Under the pieces are notes generated by a model. It was not told the DNA's origin. It was given only the letters and a program-made list of their open reading frames with translations, and made no database searches. A stretch of DNA of 56,808 bases, filler included, from Catajapyx aquilonaris (lineage: Eukaryota): the NCBI GenBank assembly GCA_000934665.2. It is 3 parts of 3 records of this genome, joined end to end, with 100 filler letters (N's around TTAATTAATTAA, not from the genome) between each part and the next. Parts side by side here need not be neighbours in the genome. Positions count along the whole stretch, not along the records: positions 1 to 18,868 come from KZ539564.1; 2 more parts are not named here. One strand, 5' to 3'. Made by a program: the position numbers and the translations under genes. Below are positions 1 to 18,868 of the stretch, one piece after another; positions within the stretch are counted from its first letter, which is position 1, and each line of letters starts with the position of its first letter.

Positions 1-3000
1 TTGATGCAACAGAGTGATGGAATGTATGTTTACAGGCATGGGCTAGCTAGTTATGAACAAAAATCCCAAATCCCAGACCAAGGCTAGTTCCCCATTTCAG
101 AGTGTCACTGATACTGAAACCTGTGATAATGAGTACACGTCAAAAGTGAAAATCTGGACTGATTGACTTACACAGTTTACATATTGCAAAAAAATGCATG
201 GCCACTTCTATGTAGAGGCCACAATTATATAACAAACCCGTCAAATTGAAAAGAAACAAAACCAGAAGAGAAGGATTGATCCCACATCTCCCATACAATC
301 ACTCATTTTGTTTCTCTTTGCACACTACTAGCATTTTAAAATTTTGAAAAGCTCTTTTTAAGATCTTGCAGAAGTACTGAAAGATAAATAAAATTATGTT
401 TTGGCTGCTTGCCCAGAACATGTAGTTTTCACGTTTTTGCACGTTTTCAGCAGGAAAAGTGGCTGCCACGGTTATGTTTTGAAATATTTAGGTGTTGTAT
501 AATTTTACTTTCACAGAAATGGCTCCAATCCCTGAGGTTGTTCCACTATTTTAAGGTAAAATTTAGTCTGAACTATTTTTGGAAAAAATCGTGGCAACCC
601 TTTTCTGGAAGATCACGTGATTTATCAAGGCTTTTCTTTGTTTCTAATAAAATGAATTTGGCGCTCTGGTAGTGGTTACAGTGTTGGGACTTACACGGTA
701 ATAGTGAACATCTCTTGTAAAGAAACGATAAATTGGCACTGCACTTTTTTCTGGATGGCGGCGCACTAAAATTCACTCATTAGATATTTTTCTCTAGAAT
801 GTACTGCACTGCACTGTACATAAATGTACATTATTTTTTTAAAAAGCCCCGAACTGAGACTGGAATTAAATCCAGTTCTTTGCGACGGTCACTGATTGAC
901 GCCTCCTTAAGGCCTCACATTGTATTTCTCTTCTTCCTCAATGTGTCCTCGCAGACTTGTCAACAGGCTTTCGCCGCGATGTCTCTTATTGTTATTACTT
1001 TTTTTGCAAAATGAGTTCTTTCCCCGTAAAACCCGCATCATTTGTGGTGGCTGTTGATCGACTACACCGCGCACTCACTTCCCAAGACCTGAGGCCACAA
1101 TATATTCCCGTCCCAAATCCCGAAGGAGGAAAAAAATACATTCCCCACAACTTTCGAAAGCACTGGAAGTTTTCTTCGTCTCCTGTTCAAAAAGTGGGGA
1201 AAGGAAGCAGAGTGTAACTTTTTTTTTTTTTTGAAAAAAAAAAAACAAAAAAGTGCTGAAGGCCATACAGAACTGTCCAAACAGAAGGGAGGTAGTGAAA
1301 CTTCTAGTGTTATGCAAAACTGCACAATGTAAGTTCTAGATAGGTTACCAAGGAATCGTTGGCACGTAGCTACATGTATAAGTTTACCACACTTAGCTAA
1401 GGTGTGTAATTAATAATTTAAAGAAGAATGACGCTATAGTGTTAATAAGTCTACAAGAGCTCTAGAACATGCCTCCGCCTTCTGTATCGAGCAGTTCAAG
1501 ATATAGCAATGCAAATTCATAAAACGAACCTCCTATTAGTTCAGAAGATCTAACAGATTGTCTAATATTTTACTCTACAGTTAATGTTTGAAGTCAATAA
1601 TGTTGTAGTTATGTAAAACTCACATGTTTTCAATATCTCTTTGAATGTTTCATCATAGGTATTTTTTTTGTGATTGAAATGTTCACTAACCAATATGGTT
1701 ATAGATAATTGTTATTCTTTTTTTAAAAAATAAGGAGAACGAAGTGGTGAGAACTGAAAGACGTGAAGATGAGCCAAAGCAGTCTTTCACATGTGATGTG
1801 GCAAGAAGCGAGGCGTTGTGGTCCGTCCAACCATTGTCAGTCAAATCCGATACATGTCGGTCCATTACGAACAATGCACTGCACACTATCGAGTTGCATA
1901 AAAAGTCCAGGGAAGAAAGTTGCATTGGTGGCGGCGGCTAAAAGGCCTGCTGGTCCCTTCTCCTTAGTGTTTTCGTTTCGGTTAAGGCAAAAAAGAAGCA
2001 TTAGGTCGTCAAAGTAAAGGTATTGCCAGTATGTATTGGAGGCCGCACAAATGCAGTCTGACCGCACTCAACGTTGTTTCTCTCTCTCTCTCTCTCTATT
2101 TTTTGGGCCTCCTAGGCCTATTTAGGCACTGGAAATATTACACGAATTGCACTCACGCATCAAATCTTGCCCTGCGTCTGTGTTCACCGCTATATTTGAT
2201 TTTTTTTCTTCTACATTTTTGTTCGTGGAATGGTAAAAAGTTGGAACGTAATACTACTGGCTATGCCAACTGGAATGAAGCCTAGTGTGTCATTTTGTGC
2301 TACTCAAGGCAGAAATATGGTTGGATTTCTGGTAGTGGTTGTATACGAATTAGTTTGAAATCTTTTTGCCTACTTCTTACAATTTCCTACACAATTCTCA
2401 ATCAATTTTGCAAAATACAACAATTTGAGGGATGGAATGATATACTGATTTTGTTGCTACAATTTCTACTCTTGGCCTGTTCTACTAATATCTTTCACGT
2501 GATCAAGAAATTTTTTAAAACAGAACTCTACTCTCACGAGTGTCAACATCTTTGCGCCAGAAAAAGAACTGAATAGTTTCAGCAAATCAACTCTGTGCCA
2601 TTCCATGCACAATAACGAGGTAGTTCCTAACCTGGCACACAGAAATTAACACTTAAATGCATTAAATGGGTACACTTATTGTGGATTGAAAAGCAGTCCA
2701 GTTCAAACTCAATAGTGAAAATCGTTCGGCATGTTGTTCCATTAAGCCGTTTACATATTATTATAATAGCGACATTTTTAGCGGGTCTGGTATTGCGTAT
2801 GCAAATGTGGCTGTCGCGTCCAAACTCGTCACAGGTTTTATGGACTAATCTATCGCTTGGAATAGATTGTCAAATGCACAAATGAAATGGAGTAAGTGTG
2901 TCAGAGGCAAAATTCCTGGATCGAGGTTTTTTGACGCGAGAGTCATCATGGCTAGTTCCCCGTGCCTTATTTGCCTGACAAGTACGACACGACCAACCAA

Positions 3001-3500
3001 ACTTTCACCCGTTGTAATTAATCGCTATTATTAACCGCAGTACTGTCGTATATCCGCCGATGTCATATGACGTGGCATGAACGCAGGAAACAAGTGCCTT
3101 TTGATTAACGATTTCCACATATTGATTGCTAGTTGTTTTGTCACCGGATCTGCTCGTGTTCCCAACTATAATGGAGCACAAAACTACGCGTCATTGAAAT
3201 CCACCAACTGAAGAGATGAAGTGAAGAAAGGCAGCCCTACGGAGAGAAGACAATGCAACTGCTACGATCGAATCAGGCAGCAAGAAGAAAGAGTGTCCTG
3301 CAGCAGTGAGTGTTGGCGGCGGCGGCGGCAGTGTGTGGTGCCAAACGACCATGATGGCGCTGGCGAGACTGAGTGTGGTGGCATCGCGACAAGACGGATA
3401 AGGAGCAGCTGAAGAAGAATACGAGAAGGAGATGGAGGAACAAGAACGTGGTAGTGCTGGCATAATAAGTGGGTGCGTGTGTGAGGAGAGATGGGGATGG

Positions 3501-7012
<3,512 letters not shown>

Positions 7013-10000
7013 TTAAAAATGCAGAGAGAGAGAAAAAAAAATCCTTCTCTTTCTGGGAATCTCTTCAGCTTAAGTCTACACCAGAAAAAGGAGGCAAAGA
7101 AAAGTTAGTTTTATGCCAGGAAAGATGAGACCGGTTCCCTGCCTCCCGTTGTGGCTTTTGATAATTGCGAGTTGAAAAGGGGGCCGAGATAGAATCCTGC
7201 CGCCTGCCATCCGGAGTCATTACGCGCATTTCCCTGATGATCTATTATCCGGATCCACATGGATCCATCCGACTGCCTCCTTTTGTGGACGCTGCCAACA
7301 AGAATTTACTTCCAGCTGATGAGGTGGAACCATTTCATCGTCGGCCTGCCATTCTTTACACGTATTCAGGGACGTTATTTGTAACCGGAATTATGGCTCG
7401 ATCGCTTGATTTTACTGCTTATGTCTATTTTCTCACGGTAGTCTATTATTCGTCCCAATTTCGTGGCGGAAATTGAACCGTTAAGTCAACTTTCCGACAA
7501 TGAGATCGCTACAGAACTTTAGGTCTGCAAGCAATTTCTATTGGTGTGCCAACTGCTTCTAATTTCAATTCCTAATGTAAATAATCGTGGAGGTTATGAT
7601 TACAAACTTTCCCCCCCCCCCCCAAAAAAAAAAACCTTGAAAGGCCATGGTAGAAGGCACACAGGCATGCAATAGTTTGGATCCTGGGGTTTTAATGACA
7701 TAAGAAGTTTAATCAAATAGAGGTGAGGCACTAGGCTTTGATCAGCAAGCTCCTGGGTAGTTAAGATAGGAAACTGCATTATTCTTTCACTTCAATAAAC
7801 TTTTTGTTTTAATAGTTCTTTTGAAGTATGCCTTAACGAGCATTTCAGAGAAAGCCTAATTATTAGAGGCAGATGACGTCATTATGTTCTGAAAATATAA
7901 CATGCTTTTTTTCATTATTATTCTGGCAGACCTGGGTCAGTGTTTATAGGTGGAGGATGAAAGCAGGAGGAGAGCTGGAGGAGGGGTAAAGAACTGACGT
8001 CATTGTCCTAATTGGATCTTGTGCAGAGGGAAGAGTTGTCCCTAGGGCCAATCGATAGGCATACTATCGGACTAGTAGCTGCCTGCCACAGCCGACCAAT
8101 AGCCATGCAGCCTTGTTGGTGAGTCCTGCCGTCCGGAAAGAACTGGACGCTTCCGCTTTCTTCTACACTCTAATTTGTTTCCTTCGAGCAGAGTCCAAAA
8201 CTTCAATAAGAGCGAATGTTTTTTAAAAAATGGTCCAATAGGTTTTCGAAAGCGTACCTCCGTGTAATTAAATTTCTTTTTTTGAGAGAGAGAGAGAGAG
8301 GTAACGTTTGTTATCAAATGATCACTGTATGGTACACTCATAATGAAGAAGAGACTAATGAGGGCAGCCATGTAGGATTTTTAATTGTGCTATACTAAAA
8401 GCTCAGTGTCCAACATGGTTTAAGCATTACTCCAACAAAGAAAAATGCTTTTATTTACTAAAAGCTACGTGAACCTCCATTACAGGCTTCTGTGCTTTTG
8501 AACTGCTAAACCGAGTCCATCTGATGAAAGTAATTATTGTTCAAAAAATGAACCTGCAATTTAACTCGTAGAGTCACACTTTGCGATACAAATGCGAGGC
8601 GGATTGTACATTTCCTACTGACCTCAAGAGACAATCGTGCTACAAAAGTTCTGTGGTAGGATCGTGCTTAGTTAGTATTTTTTTGTTAACACTTAGGATA
8701 TTAACAGGAACGCATCTTCATCGTCACACAGCATAAATCCTAATTATTTACAAATATAATACCTTAACAATTTCATTTCTCTCCCACCCAACTTTTGCAC
8801 TTCGTTTTTGGTGGTTAGTTGCACCTGAATTACCATCCACTTAAAGAGAAGAGAGGCCCACCTATCGGATAGAACGTAACGCACCCTCGCATAGCCCCAA
8901 AAGTTTCTGGCTTTGTACTCCAGACACGAGTAGTCTCCCCTCCCTAGTGACTACGAAATGAAGATAATCCTATTACCCCTCTTTAAGCCAGCATGTATCA
9001 AATTCTCCAACCCAGATTCATTATGTCATCACCGCCTAAAATGCCTTCAGGAAGCGCCTTCTTTCAACACGGTTACTGTCAAACCGTCCATGGTGGCAAA
9101 TTTTATTTCCGCAACAATTAAGCAACTTCCATGCAGTGCTTCCTCTCAGGGGAAACCTCACAAATGTTGATCGTTCCCTAAACTGCTACCCCGCTTGTTT
9201 AACTTCTTCCTGATTCGTATAAACCAGAAATCCTCATTACATGAGTAATTTGTCCAAGGCAGATTGATCTACCGGAACCCTGATGTGACGTCACGTACAA
9301 ATGGGTGAAACCTTGGCGAACAAAGAGAAGGCAGTGCAAACTACAAAGAAAAGGGGGCGCTGGCAATCGGGGCCCAAATCAAAGGACGTAATGAGAGAAC
9401 CGGAGTCAAATGGAGCGAAACCCTCCCCCCCTCTCCCAAACTCCTATTGACTGCAAATCTAGGCTCTCTAGTAGGACTATACTGTAGAGAGGCTGTAGGT
9501 ATATACACAAGCCCTGGCCTAGTCCACGTCACATTCCATTTGCCAGCCATCAATTATTCAGAGCAATTAGCGCCCGCCTTACTTGCATCTGCTTCTTTCC
9601 TCCATTTTCCCCTCCAGGCACGCCGTTTACCCCCTCTCTCCCTAGATGAATCCTCTAATAAACATTAGTTTTCAGAAGGGGCTTCTAAGTCGTGCCAAAA
9701 AGGAAAACCAGGGATATTTCGCTCAAGTCCTCTTAGATGTTAGAAAAGACCTCCATGTCGGTTTGTGCAACGAGAGCAGTACGGATAGGCTAAAATAGAC
9801 CCTGGACCTGACAGTGCGGTTATCTAGGCAGAAGTGCGATCTGTTTCATTCGCCCAAGTGTAAATAGCGTCATTAACATGCAAAGTGCGCGCGAACAACA
9901 AGCGTGCAACATGGCCGGAGAACGAGCTGGCTTTTTTTAAACTCTTCCATGCCAGAACCTCACTGCATGTGTTAACAATGCGTATTTATGCAGCAATAAT

Positions 10001-12692
10001 ATTCATGGTATTGACGATACGATAATCAAGCGACAATTGTGAATTTTTATCACCGTTGATGATAGTCTCTCATAGCCTGATTCACCGTTGGGGGAACCCG
10101 CATGTAGGATACAGTAACATACGAACGCCTGTAAGTTATGTAACATGCGGCATAAAAGAGCGGGATAGGTTGCAAGAATTTCAGGATGTAAATTATTTCT
10201 GTGATTCTCGGAATAACGTCGGTTGCTATTAGAGAGATAATAATCAGCAGATAGCCTACTTTACAGAGTGCGACCAAAGTGCACAATTCAAACTGTAGAC
10301 CAATGAACACTTCTCAACAGACCACAGATTGAATTATAAAATTCGAGGAATTTTATGCTGTATTCCATGGGCTGGCTGCGTCACATATACACGCAGTAAT
10401 TTGCTAATAAAAAGCTATCGAATTTTAAATCAGTTTTCAGCTGTTATCTTATTTTCGCTTCATAAATTATTCCTTCGCACGATGATCTGTATGAAATATG
10501 AGATAAGGTACCCAAAAGCTGCTGATGTACTGTACGAGCATAATACACCGTATAGAACAAAAGCCAAGGTACAAGGTAGAAATGGTGCGGAATACTGGCT
10601 TATCAGGTGGCTACCTTGGTTTAGGGGTGCAGACGAGATCGGTTTGAAACAGTGCGCACCTTTATCATACAATGACGTGCAAACCTGCTCTGTTTATTAG
10701 ATGGGTGGCCCACTGATAAGCCAGTGGTCTGTAATTTACACCGGCACAAACATGCCCGGCTGGCGTTCTATCCAGCTAGGTTAAAATAATATCATAAACT
10801 ATTAACTCTCACATTAATAGTTCACATTGCATAAATGCTCTACCCATGTTTTACTAGTTTAATGTGCCAGTAGATAGCCAAGCGTCGATAATTACGCAAT
10901 GCAACATTGTCCTGCATTAGCGTTTGATGCGACTTCCATGAAGCAGAAAATTGCGTAATTCAATCGCTAATTGAATTCCTACATTTCCATGTTTAGCTCG
11001 AAAAGCGACCAAAAAGCATCCGCAAAAAAAACAAAAAAAAATCTCGCTCAAAACACGGGGGAACTTGTTTACACAATTTAAAATCCTGGGACCAAAAAAT
11101 GATCTCCGTCCATCCTTTTGACATCAATTTCAGGAGGCCGTTGGTGTCACTCGGGGCGACATTTTCCGTCACTTGGGGAGCGCAAAAAAGTGGGACCCCG
11201 TACAGGAACTACTCATTACTCAATTAATTACTGTGATATGCCAGCAGAACGGACGACGTCGAAACGGAAATGATTAAGTGGCCAGCGGGGACATTCCGGA
11301 TTAAGCACATTCAACTACTGCATATTCCATGGCCTGCGTGGTGAGGATGAAATATGTACACCTTTGGTGCTTTTCATCCGCATTTGTTGCACGTGGATAT
11401 TAATTCAGACGCTAACAATATTGCGTCGCTGAAAAGCCAGGTCTATTTTCAGAACCTTTGTCTTGTCACTTTTGTCATTGAATGGTTGGCTGGATCCAGA
11501 ACTGACAAAAGCTGCTCTATAATTTTTATGGAACTGCGTATCGATTCGAGCAATTACTGTCTTCATCGCACCCAATTGTACCCATTAGGAGAACCCACTT
11601 CATTTTTACCCTCGCCTCCTGCCTGAGCTACTCATCTTTTGTGGGTTCTAATTTGGGATGAGCATCCTGGAATGAAGGTTACCGCAGAGTCACTAAGCAT
11701 CCATATCATAACAAGCATAGTTTGCCGGGCAGGTGGCCTTATAGAGCAATTAGTATATCCGGGCGACATAATATGCTTTCAGGGGAGTAATCCGGAGCCC
11801 TAACGTAAATGGAGATGGATCCCATAATCCTCTGCTGCAAGCGCGGGAACTACGTGGAGCTTTTGTTGCCCAACCTTTCTTACACGAATTACAATTACGC
11901 TTCATAACACCCGCCCTTCACCTCTTACTCAAGCGCACATTCTTCTTGCCATTGTTTTCATTGCACCATATACCATGAAAGCACTCAGCTGCTCTTCTTG
12001 CGCACACTATCAAGTTCCTAAACGTTTTACACTTTTGGCGTCCGCAGGAAATTAGTAGGACTCGGCACACAAAACCACCTACCTTGTTATTGTTGCAATC
12101 TCTAAATCTTAAGATGCTCTTTTACTGCCCTCTTATATTTCGCCATTATTCGCTGTAGAATCGGAACACCGACTTGAATTTACAGCCGACTCTAACCAAT
12201 GAACATTGCAATGGTATTCACAGGATCCTATACTGGCTATTGTGAACAAAAAGATTCGGTAGATGGATAGTTTAAAATTATTAAAGACCCTCATGAAAAA
12301 TGCATGAACGGTTCCATATTAAATAAACTTGTTTTGAAACCAAATATTAGCCACACATGATTAAAGCTAGATAACTTTGTTATGATATTTAAGCTATGCA
12401 GGCACAGACGGTCCTGTTTGCAACGAGGGCAGGCGTGCTGCAAAATTAGAAAATTTTCATACTCCCCTTTCAGTTTTGTTATAAACCAGCAGTACTTAAT
12501 CAGCAGGATATGGAAACTCATTATAGGCAAAGCTATTGGCTCGTTGTGCTGTATCGTCTCCTCTCCCCTATCCCATCCCATCCCCCGCCCCCCCCCCCAC
12601 CCGATACCACCACAACCATACACATACACACGCGGATAATATCGATCTAGCGGCGGCTGGATGGTAGGTTAAAATTAGACAGGCACTTCTCC

Positions 12693-12758
12693 NNNNNNNN
12701 NNNNNNNNNNNNNNNNNNNNNNNNNNNNNNNNNNNNNNNNNNNNNNNNNNNNNNNNNN
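12693..12758. other. Scaffold gap (66 N)
   Basis: Plain run of N with no linker. Confidence 0.99.
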
Positions 12759-15700
12759 TCCCCCCCTCCCCAGAGACTTGTTTTCTTCCTGGTGTCCTAA
12801 ATTCCCAAACTCGCGGGTTATTTATAGACGCGGATAAGGTCCTGCGACAATTTTAGCTGGCGTATTGATCTTTCTTCTCTGGGCAAATACTCATAATACA
12901 GCTGGACCACTCTGGAGCATGAGTACAGTCCACGCTACTTTATAATGTCACCGACGGGTATGTACACACATTCCAGGGACATCTATGGTATTCTGGGACA
13001 AATAAATAATAATTGATGTTTGTCAACCGGGCTAAAGGCGGAGGAATGATGGAATTTTCTATATCCGTCAATTTGGACGTTTCTTTAACAGTAGTAACTA
13101 AGTGAGATTTAATTGGGCGTTCAATGTATAGAGAAATATTATGGCATTAAATGGGATTGGTATCATTCTAATGATGATTAGCTCCGGGTGGTCGTGCAAT
13201 TTGCGAACAAAATGCCACCGAGCCTCAGGCCACTCCAGTCGGAGTGGACAACTCCTTATGTGGTTTGAAATTCCTACTTTAAAGTAAGAAAAGCAACCAA
13301 GTAGAGGTCTTTTAATTTGCCTCAAGCATCATATCCCACAGAACGGGAGTACTGAACTGCAGAGACAGTGCAAACTGCTCTTGAAGCATTTCCCGAAATC
13401 TCAGAAACCTGCCAAGTGAAAAGAAAACCTTCACCCACGTGATTAACACACACTTGGTGAAACGACAATTTCACCTTCTAATTCCATTTTCAGCAAGTTT
13501 TTTCAATATTTATAAGGGATGTTTTCCTAAAAGTTCGGACTTCCTCTCAAACACAGTACCTTTCCCTCGTATATTCCATGACAAATTATCCTAGTCAATT
13601 TTGGCGATTTCGGATTTATTAGAAGGTAATCCCATGCCAATTTGGTTGAGTCATACAGGTGAGTAATAGAGTTCATCCTGCGGGGTATATCACCTCAACC
13701 ATCCGTGACAGATGGGTCGCCTAAGGCATGGTAGTCCATCATAGTCTTAGATGTCATTAAAATCCTTAAAAAATATATTTTGTTATTTCCGCAATGAAGC
13801 TCGAATCGCAAATATCTCATGTAGGGTAATTTCATTATGAAATCGCATTACAAGGACCTTATACGAGATAGAGCCAGTACATACCTGATTTGAGGAACAC
13901 CTAGTACACTACCTACTGTTGCCTTGCTAACTCAGCATCTTTCTGGAGTAGCAATGAAAAAGACAGTATGGAGGCAGAATATGTCATGCATGAGCATAAT
14001 CGGATTAATAATATCTTATTTTGTTGCACAATTTCTTTGCCAATGGTTTCCTTAGTAAACAATCCATAATATTCCCCCCTCTCTTCCTCCTTTGCTGTGA
14101 GCTTGGAAAGTGCACTACTCTGTACATAATGCAGCACAAGCCTATCAGACCTACGCAGTATTAACATAAACTGCTTATTTGCAAGTGAATGGGCGATTTT
14201 ACATACGTACATACATATATCACACAATTTCCCTACGAGGGGTAAGCCAGTAAGGAAGAAGGAAAAGGAGGTTACCTCCAATCATGAAGTAAAAAATTTA
14301 CACGCAATCAGTGCAGTAAAAAGTAATCAATTGTTCAAACAAACAGTTCGAAAAGCCCAGAAAAATAAAATCTAAGCAAAATCTGCTAAGCAAATGAATG
14401 ACTTTCAAAGTTTTTCTGCATCTTGGTCGTGTATAAAATTGGCCCTAAATTTTCAGGAATTCTCTTTCCTTACAAAAAGAGTTCATCTGAAGCTCATCAC
14501 AACAGAATGACAAAAACAGCGTGGAGGATGCAGTCAATAGACAAGTTACTATAATCCAGCAAGTACATTTTCTCCTCGACAAAGAAAGCATCTAAATATT
14601 CTTCACTCTTCCCTTTCTGCACTACACTTTTCCTTCATTCCTAATACTATCTGTCATGCAGCACCTTAATATTATTTGTAAATTTTATGCATTTCTAGTC
14701 CTTAGCCAACCCTGGGAAACATTCTTTCATGATGGAATTGTGAAGAAAGATTGATCCGTTTGAAGCAAGTCAGGAATCCGAGTCATGTAATGTGTTTTAC
14801 TCAAGCAAAAGACTCAAGTAGGCGGGATTTCCTGGTGGAAGAAGACGGGGGTTTTTGGATCTTTTCTTGTGCCCAGTGTCCTTTGGAGCTAGGTCGGACA
14901 GCAGAGCAAAGGAGACCGCCATCTCATTCTGTCCCTAGAGCCCTCAAGCCTCTTCAATTCCCCATTCATTGGCCCTGCTCCTCTCCAGAGGGACCTTTTG
15001 CTCTGCCTTTCAGATCACTCCCACTTTTTTTTTTTGTCCTGCTCCAGCTTCCCTGCATCTCTTTCCTCTAAAGCAGTCCACTAGACTTTTCGGATTTCAA
15101 GAGCCGATTCGTACCAGGAGAAAAATGGGGGGCGTATTTCGATTTTGACAACTGTCGTAAAGTTTGGCCAACTTCCATGCAAAATGATCTTGCACTTTTC
15201 TTCAAAAAAGTGGGAAATAATTCTAGTACAACTGCTGTGTTAGGTCACGGACATAGATTCATCATAACTCATCAACCCTGACAAAACTGTGTGGAATTTC
15301 CTCACAAAAGCGTTTAGTGTAATTAAAAATGCAGTGATTGACAATATTGCGATTTTGATTTTGGGGATTACTGATTCGGTTTTGGAAATAGGCCATAACA
15401 CTAAACATGTGCGTTGTGGTTGCACTGATATTGCAGGTTTATGATGAGGGTATTTTTTTTGTATCACATCTGATTTTCAAAACTACAATATAGGATGCAA
15501 AATTCAGTTTACGAGGTCTAGAGCTCAGAATCCAGCATTTATATGGAGATCTACTGCATCGTGAAACTGAAATTGTGGATCCAAATCAGTTTCGGAGTCA
15601 GACATCCCATTTCGCAAATAAGCTCCTCAATTCTTCTTCATCTCTTTTGGCATACGTTGGCGCAAACAACGACTCTGATAGCCACATATCCTTGTTACTA

Positions 15701-16054
15701 AACCCTCCATTATTCTCGATCAATATCATACCCACCATGCTACATCACAATGGCAGTTATCTGAGATAACCACCACTTTTGCTCGATCCGGACATGTAGG
15801 TTACGAGGTCATCCCATATTTCACCGTCTCGAAATGTGATCCCATGACCTCAAAAAAGAGCTTCTCCAAATAATCCCAGTCCCTCTGCCTATAACACCAC
15901 CCCACCCACTAAAACCTGGCACCCCTTATTAAAAAATAAAACGGGTCTAGAAGGGTCCCCTGAGGGAGTCAGAGACTGCCTCTCACGTCATTGCATTTCG
16001 AGCTTATCTCGTTTTTAGGAGAGGGGTGTAGTATACGGATGGATGAGGCGAAAA

Positions 16055-16135
16055 GGGGTAGGGAGGGAAGGGTGGGGTGGGAAAAACGGGGGGGAATGCG
16101 GCCCTGTGACGTCAGAGGAGGAGGTCCTGACGTCA
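16055..16135 (+). promoter_or_regulatory. G-quadruplex-forming tract next to a CRE pair
   Basis: GGGG-TA-GGG-A-GGG-AA-GGG-T-GGGG-T-GGG-AAAAAC-GGGGGGG (16055-16094), followed by two TGACGTCA sites whose starts are 21 bp apart. Confidence 0.45.
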
Positions 16136-18868
16136 CGGAGCTAGCCGCCAGCTAGTTGCACTACTACACATAGTCAATATTTGGCCCCCGGCCCTCCGAG
16201 CTAAAACGGGAGATTCGGCCCAAAATGTCAATTCCCGAAGGATGCTGAGCTTGCATGCGCCCCTTACCCTGTGATATTACTATTATTAATATTCGCATTA
16301 TTGGGCCAATAAAAGTAGGGGGTGGATATTGCTATTCCATCCCACCCTACTCCCGATAGGATTTCACCGCGACACTTGGGTGTGTAATTATGGAGTACTA
16401 GCATGGTGCTTGCTCTAAAGCCGGATTATTAGTGGGCTTCGGTTAGAGACTTGTTTTTCAAAAGCTATGTGTGAAAAAAAGGTGAGTTAATTCGATATCA
16501 ACTTGGCTTATCTCGGGGTAATATTTACGCTTTTGTAGACAATGGAGCAGCACCACACCCCAGATTCAGTTCGGATGGATATAATTTTTTGTGTGCAAAA
16601 TTCAACTAATGCTGTGAAATATTTTTTTTTTGCAAGTGGCACCCACTTGAATGTTGACCAACCATGACCGCCTAGATGAAAAGTTGGCATCGGGAGATCT
16701 TTTAGATGCAGCCGGTGGTGTCTTCGCTTCCGAATGGTGAAATCGATAGACTTTCATAAATTCCGCCTTTCCCCAAGGAACACTAATTAAAACTCAAGTC
16801 CCGACCGCCCCTGCTGCTATAATAAAGTGACGCTCTTCTACCTACAGTGCACCTGCTTTAAAAGGTCTTATGAATTTTTCCCAGCGATTTTAATTAAATA
16901 TACCATGCGGATTTTTATACTGTACTGTACACGTGGGATTACGAGGGCAAGTAGGTCACGCAAATATTTTGTTCATATATGATAATATAGTGCTTGATAT
17001 TTTTTTTGAACTTTCCACGTTTAGATATGAATTACTTCAGAAATTAAACCGCTAGTGATAGGCGTGTTTCTAATTAAAATATTGATACAACATAATTATT
17101 AAAGTGCTGACATTTAGGTTATGCACATTTGGCATATCCGCGAGTCTCCTCTCTTGCGTCTACAGTATAGTACAGAGTTTGTAAAAATCTAGCTGATCCG
17201 GAAAAAGCTACAGAAAACTCTTCGGTGTGCCATGGTCCGGAAAAGGTTGAGAACCTAAGGTCTGAAATACATGATAAATTGCCCATTTCTGGAAAGTTCC
17301 TAAATGCAAACTTTTAAAAGGTATTATACAACATGTTGAAAACTCAAGAGTAGCAGAAGATTTTTTTTTCCCCCTGCAATTCTGCTTCGACGGATTTATA
17401 GGAGATTACTGGCGACTTCTGCAAAATTCTGATTGCATGACCTTAAAAAAAGGCTCTAGTGGATCCAGCCTCGAGGAGTTCTTAAAAAACTCCTAGTGCC
17501 GAATTTAAACCAATATTGACTTTCTATCAGCCGAGGTTTACATTTAGATGCAAAAAACAGACGGAGCTTTCACATTGCCAATAAGAATTTAATCCTTTGA
17601 TTTTTTTTCTCATCTCCAATATACTGCTGTGTACGTAAGTGGTCATTGCAATACTACTGTATGTTAGGCAGCATAAGTTCCTGGCAAAATGCCCCCCTCT
17701 CTCTAGATAACCACACTCGAAATTGAAAAGCGTTTTCCCAACAGAGCAAGAGGTTTCGCTTCCCTCCACCTTTTTTGCCCAAACTTTTTGGACAACTTTG
17801 ACATTTCTTCAGTTATCGGTTTTTCCCAACCTAGGAAATGGTGTGTTGGTTACCAGGCTGACGGGACAACAATGCTACAGCTTCATTTGAAACTTTTCTT
17901 TCCACTCCCATCTCCTTTGTTAGTGGCCTGATAAATGAAAGGACTCGCTTGAAAAGCAGTCCTAAAATTAGAGCCATGTCGAACACGACTTTGGTCTGAT
18001 AAACTTTTGTGGTGCTCTGAATAATTCTCTCATACGAACTGACATCTTTGCAGGACGAGAGGCGTCCAGAGCCCCCTATAGTTGAAGCTTCAGCCAATTA
18101 GTGGGTGGAAACAAGGGAGGCAGCGTCGGCTTTCACCTGTTAATCCCATCAAGGCTCAACTGACAGCCTGACGAATACCTGGCCAGGGTTTGTGTCTGCC
18201 CCAGCTCGTATTTCAATGCTACTAGAAATCCTCGCCCTTCATTTGTCAAACATATGCTGTGCGACTGCCAGGGCTTGCTGACTGCGGTATTCTCTGCATG
18301 TTCAACCAACTACGTCATACGCTCCCGGTGCATGATGCCGGACATTCGAAACGGTGGCAAAAGCGCCGCATCCTATTCATATGTCATTATGCCGTCCCAC
18401 TCTTTTTTGGGGGGGAAGTGAATTACTTGCAGGTCAAACCGGCTAGTATAGGGATCGGTTCACCGCACTGCCAATCGAATTAAGTGCTGGACATGTCTTG
18501 AATTTACAGTATCACTCGCTGGCAATTACAGGCTATTTATACTCTGGGTCAGTTTTTAAAGTTTTTTTCTACGTAAGCAATAGCAGTGTCGTGTGATACA
18601 TCCTGATTTGAGAGCCACAGGTACAGTATATGCAACATTTTATTGACAGAGACGGAATTATTTACCTTCACTTTAGTGTGCTTTGTACAACGTTTTATCA
18701 ATTACATATACCTTTTTTTTGCTAGAGTTCATGCTTACTCTCTGCTGAATCCACTTTATGAACATACTACTGTACTATTGACCGCAAAAGTAATGTCGCG
18801 ACTGTTTATGTGCTTTTGTGTTTATGTGTTGGTAATCCTGGGCGCTGCCGGGTTACGGACATGTTTAT

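Noticed and set aside
1218..1245. T-run/A-run palindrome resembling a terminator
   Set aside because: Simple homopolymers in eukaryotic non-coding DNA.
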